DNA from: Candidatus Saccharimonadota bacterium
GTDB taxonomy: Bacteria > Bacillota_I > Bacilli_A > Mycoplasmatales > Hepatoplasmataceae
Length of the DNA stretch: 32,000 nucleotides
Assembly (NCBI GenBank): GCA_027925325.1
Contig: AP027133.1
Coordinates: 240,001 to 272,000 of the forward strand
Direction of reading: 5' to 3'
Each line of letters begins with the position of its first letter. Position 1 is the stretch's first letter. The notes under the pieces were generated by a model, which saw only the letters and a program-made list of their open reading frames with translations, made no database searches and had not been told where the DNA came from. A program made the position numbers and the translations under genes. Of this stretch, positions 1 through 7,365 are shown piece by piece.

Positions 1-641
1 TTAATCCTGATTTAGAAGGTGGCTCTACACAGAGTGAAGTTAATCAAAATAATAAAAATTCTCTTGATGATTTAAATTCCGATGTAACTACAATAGATTC
101 TGATATTGATGATATTAATGAAAAAATAGATAGCATTGTTATTACTAAAACGACTCCAAATGTTATTACTGTTGATAGTAATTTAGAAGGTGGAAATACA
201 CAACAAATAGTTAATGAAACTATACAAAGCGATCTTCAAACTATAGTTTCTAATATCTCTGAAATTATTAATGGTTCAACAACAATAAATATTCAAACAT
301 CATCTGTTATTCCTGAGGATGTTAGTTTGGAAGGAGGAATAAATCAAGAAGAAATAAATAAAAATAATACTAGAAAAATTTATGATTTACGTTGTGCAAT
401 TGATGATATTGTACATGGTGTAATTATAATTCCTATTATTACATCAGATGTTAATACGGTTGATGCAATTTTGGAAAATGGTGAAACACAAAGAGAAATT
501 AATGAAAATAAAAGAAAAATGATAAATTTAATAAATGTTAAAATTAGTAATTTAATTATTACAATAAATACTCTTCAAACAAATATTTCATTTTTATCTT
601 CTTGTAGTGATTGTAGACTACCTCAAAAAACAATTGCTTAA
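1..641 (+). CDS. Fibre-like repeat protein, 3' part only (5' end lies left of the window). Paralog of 989..7312 that stops just after the CxxC junction.
   Basis: Frame 3 is open from nt 3 (NPDLEGGSTQSEVNQNNK...) to TAA 639..641. The tracked ORF 327..641 is only its tail, and its 'M' is an internal TTG. It has four LE(G/N)GxxQxE(V/I)N motifs collinear with the last four repeats of the 2107-aa protein. It ends ...FLSSCSDCRLPQKTIA. Confidence 0.8.
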   Translation, partial: NPDLEGGSTQSEVNQNNKNSLDDLNSDVTTIDSDIDDINEKIDSIVITKTTPNVITVDSNLEGGNTQQIVNETIQSDLQTIVSNISEIINGSTTINIQTSSVIPEDVSLEGGINQEEINKNNTRKIYDLRCAIDDIVHGVIIIPIITSDVNTVDAILENGETQREINENKRKMINLINVKISNLIITINTLQTNISFLSSCSDCRLPQKTIA

Positions 642-832
642 AACTTTTATTATAGAATGAATAATATATTTTTATTTTGAAGAATATTTTAGTAGATTAT
701 TTTTGAATTAACTTTAAAAAATAATAAATTGTATTTATTTATAAAAAATAAAAAATATTTTTTATTTTTTATTATAATTTGTTTAAGTTTTAATTATTTA
801 TTATTTAATTTAATTAAATAATTAAAATTAGG

Positions 833-879
833 AAATAGACTATTAAGATATCTTAGAATGATGCCTTGATAGTCTATTT
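833..879. other. Stem-loop candidate in the 347-bp intergenic region: an 11-bp perfect inverted repeat enclosing a 12-bp palindrome
   Basis: AAATAGACTAT (833..843) pairs with ATAGTCTATTT (869..879). The loop begins with the palindrome TAAGATATCTTA (844..855), and a T run follows the stem. It could be a terminator for the upstream gene or an operator for the giant gene. The function is not determinable from sequence. Confidence 0.35.
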
Positions 880-988
880 TTAGAATTAATTGATCATTTA
901 TTAAATTAAAGTAATTTTATTAAATGATTTAAATATAGATGTTGATTAAAAATTTTATTAAAAAATAATAAATGGGAAAAATTAAATT

Positions 989-3900
989 ATGGAAAAGCAA
1001 ACAAAAATAGATTTTGATAAATATAAAATTAATAGCGAAAATAATAAATATAGAATTAATATAAATAATTTAGAGCAAAAATTAAAAAGTTCAACATCTA
1101 TGACTGATTCTGCACACGTACAGACTATAAATCCTGTAACTGAAGGCGGAGGTTTTCAACAAGAAGTTAACGAAAATATTATAGAAGGTCTTTCTTCACT
1201 TATTGGCGGGGAAGTTCCTTTAGATATTAATACATCTGCTGTTAATACTGTTGATGAAACTAATGAAGGTGGATCAACACAAGAAAATGTTAATAAAAAT
1301 AATAAAACAATTATTGATAATTTAAATTCTGATATTACAACAATAAATTCTGATATTGATGATTTAAATGAAAAAATTGATAATTTTTCTATAGATGTAG
1401 TTAGTTCAGAAATTAGTTCTGTTAATTCTTCTTTAGAAGGTGGATCAACACAAGAAGCAGTTAATAAAAATAATAAACAAAATATTGATGATCTAAATAA
1501 TGATATTAATGATCTTATTAACGGAAATACACAAATAAAAATTAATTCTTCATCTATTGATACATTAACTCCTTCTTTAGAAAATGGTGCAACACAAGAA
1601 GAAGTAAATAAAAATAATAAGCAACTTATTGATTCAATTATCAATGGTGAAAATCCAGCAAAAACAATTTCCTCATCTATTGATACAGAAAATTCTTCAT
1701 TAGAAAATGGTACAACACAAGAAGAAGTAAATAAAAACACAAAAGAAACAATTGATAATATTAATGATCAATTAGATAGTTTTGATGAAAGAATCAACTC
1801 TCTTGATGCAGGAATAAATACATCAAAAGTAAATACAACAAATTATTCATTAGAAGGCGGATCAACACAACAAGAAATTAATATAAAAAATAAAATTGTT
1901 TTTGATTCAATAAATTCTGAAATAGAAGATATTAATAGCAAGATTGATTGTATAGATGAAGGAATCGATACTTCTATAATTAATTCTATTGATTCTGTAT
2001 TAGAAGGAGGAGTAACACAAAAAGACATCAATGAAATTAATAAACAAAATATTGATAATATCAATACTATAGTAAATGATATTGATTGCAAAATTGATGA
2101 TCTTGAAATAAAAACTACTACTTCAAATGTTAGTACAGTTGATGGTTTTTTTGAAGGAGGTCCAACACAAAAGGAAGTTAATGAATCTAATAGAGAAAGT
2201 ATCCGTGCATTAAATTCTGAAATTACAACAATAAATTCTGAAATCACCGAACTTAATGATAAAATGGATTGCCTTGATTGTGGATGTGGTTGTGATGACG
2301 GTTGTGGTTGTGATGATGGATGTGATGACGGATGTGGAAATGATACTTCTTCAATTAAAACTGTGGATTCTGCTTTAGAAAATGGTACAACACAAGAAGA
2401 AGTAAACAAAAATAACAAACAAGCAATCGACGATATTATAGATAATGGAATTTCTCCTGGAGATACTTCAACTGTTGGAACTGTTAATTCATCTTTAGAA
2501 AACGGGGTAACACAAGAAGAAGTTAATAAAAATAATAAAGAAGCAATCGATAATTTAAATGATCAAATTTCAGAACTTCCAACTGATATTATTACCTCGA
2601 TTGTTAAAACTGTTGATGAAACTTTAGAAAATGGTACAACACAAGAAGAAGTTAATAGAAAAAATAAACAAGCAATCGATGATTTAAATGATCAATTAGA
2701 TGGATTTTCAACAACAACAATTACCTCATCTGTTACAACTGTTGATGAAATTTTAGAAAATGGTACAACACAAGAAATAGTAAATAAAAACAACAAACAA
2801 GCAATCGATGATATTAATAATCAAATCGATAATTTTGAGTGTGATTCTAATACAGCATCTGTTTCAACTGTTGATGAAACTTTGGAAAATGGCACAACAC
2901 AAGAAGAAGTAAATAAAAACAACAAACAAGCAATTGATGATATTAATGATCAATTAGATGGACTTCCCACAACTGTAATTACTTCAGCTGTTACAGCTGT
3001 TGATGAAACTTTAGAAAATGGTGAAACACAAGATGCGATTAATAAAAACAACAAACAAGCAATTGATGATTTAAATGATCAATTAGAGAATTTTGAATGC
3101 AGTTCCATTACTTCAACTGTTATTACAGTTAATCAAACTTTAGAAAATGGTACAACACAAGAAGAAGTTAATAGAAAAAGCAAGCAGGCAATCGATGATT
3201 TAAACGAACAATTAGAGAATTTTGAATGTAGTTCCATTACTTCAACTGTTACTACAGTTAATTCAGCTTTAGAAAATGGTACAACACAAGATGAAGTTAA
3301 TAGAAAAAATAAACAAGCAATTGATGATATTAATGATCAATTAGATGATATTCCTGGAGAAGTTATAACTTCATCTGTTAAAACAATTGATATAACTTTA
3401 GAAAATGGTGCAACACAAGATGAGGTTAATAGAAACAACAAACAGGCAATCGATAATATTAATGATCAATTAGATGATATCCCAACTGATATTATTACTC
3501 CAATTATTTTTACAGCTAATGAAACTTTAGAAAATGGGGCAACACAAGATGAGGTTAATAGAAACAACAAACAAGCAATTGATGATATTAATGATCAATT
3601 AGATGGACTTCCAACAACTGTAATTACTTCATCTGTTACAGCTGTTGATGAAACTTTAGAAAATGGTCCAACACAAGATGAGATTAATAAAAATAATAAA
3701 CAAGCAATCGATGATTTAAATAACCAATTAGATTCTATTCCTGATGTTATTACTTCATCTGTTACAACAGTTGATCAAGATTTAGAAAATGGCACAACAC
3801 AAGAAGAAGTAAATAAAAACAACAAACAAGCAATCGATGATATTAATAATCAATTAGATGGACTCCCAACAACTGTAATTACTTCATCTGTTACAGCTGT

Positions 3901-6900
3901 TGATGAAGCTTTAGAAAATGGTCCAACACAAGATGAGATTAATAAAAACAATAAACAAGCAATCGATGATTTAAATAACCAATTAGATTCTATTCCTGAT
4001 GTTATTACCTCATCTGTTACAACAGTTGATCAAGATTTAGAAAATGGCACAACACAAGAAGAAGTAAATAAAAACAACAAACAAGCAATCGATAATATTA
4101 ATGATCAATTAGATGCTTTACCAGATGTTATTACTACTTCAATTGTTGATACTGTTGATGAAACTTTAGAAAATGGTGTAACACAAGAAATAGTAAATAA
4201 AAACAACAAACAAGCAATCGATGATATTAATGATCAATTGGATGCTTTACCAGATGTTATTACTACTTCAATTGTTGATACTGCTGATGAAACTTTAGAA
4301 AATGGTACAACACAAGAAATAGTAAATAAAAACAATAAACAAGCAATTGATGATTTAAATGATCAATTAAATGGACTTCCAACAACAACAATTACTTCAT
4401 CTGTTACAACAGTTGATCAAGATTTAGAAAATGGTACAACACAAGAAGAAGTAAATAAAAACACAAAAGAAGATATTGACAATATAAATACTGAAATTAA
4501 TGATATTAATGAAAAAATTGATAATTTTACTGTAAATGCCCTTACTTCAGATATTACAACAGTTGATGAAATTTTAGAAAATGGTACAACACAAGAAATA
4601 GTAAATAAAAACAACAAACAAGCAATCGATGATTTAAATAGTCAATTAGATGGACTTCCAACAACGATAATTACTTCATCTGTTATAACAATTGATCAAG
4701 ATTTAGAAAATGGTACAACACAAGATGAAGTAAATAAAAATACAAAGGAAGATATTGATAATCTAAATCAAGAAGTAAATAATCTTATTGATAATGGAAT
4801 TTCTCCTGGCGATACTTCATCTGTTACAACCGTTGATTCTACTTCAGAAAACGGCGGAACACAAGATGAAGTTAATAGAAATACTAAAAATAATATTGAT
4901 GATTTAAATTCTGGTGTAGATAATATAAATAATCAAATAAATGACATCATTGATGGAACAACTCCTGTAAAAGGCGATACTTCAAATGTTAATTCAATAG
5001 ATAGTAACGCTGAAGGTGGATCAACACAAAAAATAATAAATGAATCTAACAAGCAAAATATTGATAATTTAAATACTGAAATAAGCACTATTTATACTGA
5101 AATTGATGATATCAATGATATATTAGATGGTTTAGGTGGGGGAGTAATCACATCAGAGATTACCACAATTAATACAGCATTAGAAGGTGGAGATACGCAA
5201 CAAGTAGTTAATGAAAATAATCGAAATGATATAAACACAATAGCGTGTGGAATTATGGAAATTATCGATGGAACTACACAAATAAATGTAAAAACTTCAA
5301 CAGTTGTTCCACAAAGTGTTATTTTAGAAGGTGGAATGACTCAGGAATCGATAAATAAAAATAATATTCAAGAAATTTATAATTTAACTCAAGGTATTAA
5401 TGATATTGCAAGTGGAACAATATTAGTTTCAACTAACACTTTAAATATTAATACTATTAGTGCTAATTTAGAGGGTGGAGCAACACAATATGAAGTTAAT
5501 GAAAATAATAAAGAAGATATAAATTTTATAAATAGTATTCTTAGTAATTTAAATGCAACTGTTGCTTCTTTACAAGCAGATATTGAATCATTATCTGATT
5601 GCACAGGTTGCTCATTAACTCCTGCTCCGGTTGCTATTATTTTGAATGTTAATTCAACTAATGTTACAACAAATGGTGCAAGTGATGGTTCAATTTCTTT
5701 TGATGTAACTATTACTAATTTTGCTGGTACATCAACAGCAAGATTAAATCCAGCTGGTGATACAGAAAATATCATTTTAAGTGGAGGATCAAATACTAAT
5801 TTAAGTTTTGATTCATTACCTGCAGGAAATTATAGTATCGAGATTTATGATGATGAAAATTTAATAACTGAAGAAGATAATATCATAATTACTGAGCCTG
5901 CCCCAGCACCAGAAGCGGTATTTGGAACTGTTACTCCAACTGATGCAACAGTAAACGGTTTGAGTGATGGTTCAATCGCTTTTTCTGTAACTATTAGCAA
6001 TTTTGTTGGCGCACCGACAGCAAGATTAAGTCCTACTCTTGATACAGAAAATATCATTTTAAGTGATGGCGAAAACGCCGATTTAAGCTTTGATTCATTA
6101 CCTGCAGGAACTTATAGTATCGAAATTTATGATGATGAATCTTTAATTAATAGTGAAACTGAAATTACAATTAATGAGCCTGCTCCAGCACCAGAGGCGG
6201 TATTTGGAACTGTTACTCCAACCGATGTAACAGTAAATGGTTTGAGTGATGGTTCAATCGCTTTTGCTGTAACTATTAGCAACTTTGTTGGCGCACCGAC
6301 AGCAAGATTAAATCCAGTTGGTGATACAGAAAATATCATTTTAAGTGATGGCGAAAACGCCGATTTAAGCTTTGATTCACTACCTGCAGGAACTTATAGT
6401 ATCGAGATCTATGATGATGAATCTTTAATTAATAGTGAAACTGAAATTACAATTAATGAACCTGCCCCAGCACCAGAAGCGGTATTTGGAACTGTTACTC
6501 CAACTGATGCAACAATAAATGGTTTGAGTGATGGTTCAATCGCTTTTGCTGTAACTATTAGCAACTTTGTTGGCGCACCGACAGCAAGATTAAATCCAGC
6601 TGGTGATACAGAAAATATCATTTTAAGTGATGGTGAAAACGCCGATTTAAGCTTTGATTCACTACCTGCAGGAACTTATAGTATTGAGATCTATGATGAT
6701 GAATCCTTAATTAATAGTGAAACTGAAATTATAATTAATGAACCTATTCAAATAGCAATTATTGATAATATTTGGACATATGGTGTGATAACTGGTAAAG
6801 ATGGAGCATTCGGTTTTGATGTAACTATTAGCAATTTTTTTGGAGTAGGGAAAGCAGTGATAAAAGAACAAGTAGGTTATGTGCCAGATCATTATGATTT

Positions 6901-7312
6901 AATGGATGGATTAAACAGTGATCTAAGATTTTTTTCTTTACCAGTAGGGACTTATACTCTTCAGATTTATGATGATGAAATTTTGATTAATAAACAAGAG
7001 ATTACGGTTGATATATCTGACCCATTAACAACAATTTCAAATGTAAATACAACAGATGTAACAGTAAATGGAGCAAGCGATGGGTCAATAAGTTTTAATG
7101 TATCAATTTATAATTTTAGAGGAGTAGGAACAGCAAGATTAAATCCTGATGTTGGCACAGATAATATTACTTTACAAAATAATACTTTAAATTATAATTT
7201 AAAGTTTGATTTATTGCCAGCAGGAACTTATAGTATTGAGATTTACGATGATAATAATCTAATTGGCCAAGAGGATGGAATTATAATTAATGAACCACTT
7301 TTACTTTATTAG
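989..7312 (+). CDS. Giant (2107 aa) fibre-like repeat protein: conserved N-terminal head, about 32 short repeats, Cys/Asp/Gly knot, CxxC junction, six ~94-aa Ig-like modules
   Basis: Uninterrupted ORF from ATG 989 to TAG 7310..7312. There are no in-frame TGA codons and a single Trp (TGG). The N-terminus MEKQTKIDFDKYKINSENNKY... has no hydrophobic stretch, and the C-terminus ...IIINEPLLLY has no TM segment. Internal periodicity is strong at both protein and DNA level. Confidence 0.93.
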   Translation: MEKQTKIDFDKYKINSENNKYRININNLEQKLKSSTSMTDSAHVQTINPVTEGGGFQQEVNENIIEGLSSLIGGEVPLDINTSAVNTVDETNEGGSTQENVNKNNKTIIDNLNSDITTINSDIDDLNEKIDNFSIDVVSSEISSVNSSLEGGSTQEAVNKNNKQNIDDLNNDINDLINGNTQIKINSSSIDTLTPSLENGATQEEVNKNNKQLIDSIINGENPAKTISSSIDTENSSLENGTTQEEVNKNTKETIDNINDQLDSFDERINSLDAGINTSKVNTTNYSLEGGSTQQEINIKNKIVFDSINSEIEDINSKIDCIDEGIDTSIINSIDSVLEGGVTQKDINEINKQNIDNINTIVNDIDCKIDDLEIKTTTSNVSTVDGFFEGGPTQKEVNESNRESIRALNSEITTINSEITELNDKMDCLDCGCGCDDGCGCDDGCDDGCGNDTSSIKTVDSALENGTTQEEVNKNNKQAIDDIIDNGISPGDTSTVGTVNSSLENGVTQEEVNKNNKEAIDNLNDQISELPTDIITSIVKTVDETLENGTTQEEVNRKNKQAIDDLNDQLDGFSTTTITSSVTTVDEILENGTTQEIVNKNNKQAIDDINNQIDNFECDSNTASVSTVDETLENGTTQEEVNKNNKQAIDDINDQLDGLPTTVITSAVTAVDETLENGETQDAINKNNKQAIDDLNDQLENFECSSITSTVITVNQTLENGTTQEEVNRKSKQAIDDLNEQLENFECSSITSTVTTVNSALENGTTQDEVNRKNKQAIDDINDQLDDIPGEVITSSVKTIDITLENGATQDEVNRNNKQAIDNINDQLDDIPTDIITPIIFTANETLENGATQDEVNRNNKQAIDDINDQLDGLPTTVITSSVTAVDETLENGPTQDEINKNNKQAIDDLNNQLDSIPDVITSSVTTVDQDLENGTTQEEVNKNNKQAIDDINNQLDGLPTTVITSSVTAVDEALENGPTQDEINKNNKQAIDDLNNQLDSIPDVITSSVTTVDQDLENGTTQEEVNKNNKQAIDNINDQLDALPDVITTSIVDTVDETLENGVTQEIVNKNNKQAIDDINDQLDALPDVITTSIVDTADETLENGTTQEIVNKNNKQAIDDLNDQLNGLPTTTITSSVTTVDQDLENGTTQEEVNKNTKEDIDNINTEINDINEKIDNFTVNALTSDITTVDEILENGTTQEIVNKNNKQAIDDLNSQLDGLPTTIITSSVITIDQDLENGTTQDEVNKNTKEDIDNLNQEVNNLIDNGISPGDTSSVTTVDSTSENGGTQDEVNRNTKNNIDDLNSGVDNINNQINDIIDGTTPVKGDTSNVNSIDSNAEGGSTQKIINESNKQNIDNLNTEISTIYTEIDDINDILDGLGGGVITSEITTINTALEGGDTQQVVNENNRNDINTIACGIMEIIDGTTQINVKTSTVVPQSVILEGGMTQESINKNNIQEIYNLTQGINDIASGTILVSTNTLNINTISANLEGGATQYEVNENNKEDINFINSILSNLNATVASLQADIESLSDCTGCSLTPAPVAIILNVNSTNVTTNGASDGSISFDVTITNFAGTSTARLNPAGDTENIILSGGSNTNLSFDSLPAGNYSIEIYDDENLITEEDNIIITEPAPAPEAVFGTVTPTDATVNGLSDGSIAFSVTISNFVGAPTARLSPTLDTENIILSDGENADLSFDSLPAGTYSIEIYDDESLINSETEITINEPAPAPEAVFGTVTPTDVTVNGLSDGSIAFAVTISNFVGAPTARLNPVGDTENIILSDGENADLSFDSLPAGTYSIEIYDDESLINSETEITINEPAPAPEAVFGTVTPTDATINGLSDGSIAFAVTISNFVGAPTARLNPAGDTENIILSDGENADLSFDSLPAGTYSIEIYDDESLINSETEIIINEPIQIAIIDNIWTYGVITGKDGAFGFDVTISNFFGVGKAVIKEQVGYVPDHYDLMDGLNSDLRFFSLPVGTYTLQIYDDEILINKQEITVDISDPLTTISNVNTTDVTVNGASDGSISFNVSIYNFRGVGTARLNPDVGTDNITLQNNTLNYNLKFDLLPAGTYSIEIYDDNNLIGQEDGIIINEPLLLY
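2270..2335 (+). other. Cys/Asp/Gly micro-repeat encoding CLDCGCGCDDGCGCDDGCDDGC (8 Cys in 22 residues)
   Basis: The DNA reads tgc ctt gat tgt gga tgt ggt tgt gat gac ggt tgt ggt tgt gat gat gga tgt gat gac gga tgt. An 18-nt unit (tgtggttgtgatgaYggN) occurs twice, followed by a 12-nt partial unit. The homologous position in the 7366..9588 gene is CLECCC (8335..8352). Confidence 0.9.
3572..4081 (+). repeat. Near-identical 2 x 255-nt (85-aa, two-repeat unit) tandem duplication inside the giant gene
   Basis: 3572..3826 and 3827..4081 encode AIDDIN(D/N)QLDGLPTTVITSSVTAVDE(T/A)LENGPTQDEINKNNKQAIDDLNNQLDSIPDVITSSVTTVDQDLENGTTQEEVNKNNKQ. Only a handful of nucleotide differences are visible. Confidence 0.85.
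5894..6739 (+). repeat. Three near-identical 282-nt (94-aa) tandem units, the core of six Ig-like modules spanning about 5612..7309
   Basis: Units start at 5894, 6176 and 6458 (gagcctgc/gaacctgc...) and the next module starts at 6740. Each encodes EPAPAPEAVFGTVTPTD(A/V)T(V/I)NGLSDGSIAF(S/A)VTISNFVGAPTARL(S/N)P...DTENIILSDGENADLSFDSLPAGTYSIEIYDDESLINSETEI(T/I)IN. The flanking modules 1, 5 and 6 are more divergent. Confidence 0.9.
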
Positions 7313-7365
7313 AAATTAAGTTTTTAGTAAATAATTAATTATTAAAATATTTAGGAAAATTAAAC

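Larger units (their letters stand above)
1100..5595 (+). repeat. About 32 in-frame copies of a 40-46-aa (about 120-140 nt) coding repeat, consensus S-x-V-x-T-V-D-x-x-L-E-(N/G)-G-x-T-Q-x-E-V-N-K-N-N-K-Q-A-I-D-D-L-N-x-Q-L-D
   Basis: Counted by eye from the translation. The LE(G/N)GxTQ core recurs about 32 times. Repeats 9-27 are the homogeneous LENGTTQEEVNKNNKQAIDD subtype. Confidence 0.9.

Noticed and set aside
327-641. A stand-alone 104-aa ORF starting at 327
   Set aside because: The same frame is open back to nt 3 and encodes further family repeats. 327 is an internal TTG (Leu) of a gene whose 5' end lies outside the window.
893-928. A second hairpin (ATCATTTA / TAAATGAT) in the 642..988 intergenic region, and similar A/T-only hairpins near 14650..14690
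   Set aside because: The stems are short and made only of A/T, with long A+T loops. Such structures are expected by chance at this base composition.
2340-4800. A regular ~130-nt repeat array that could be mistaken for a CRISPR-like or satellite array
   Set aside because: There is no repeat-spacer alternation. The whole unit is conserved and kept in one reading frame, with mostly synonymous or conservative changes, inside a 6.3-kb ORF.
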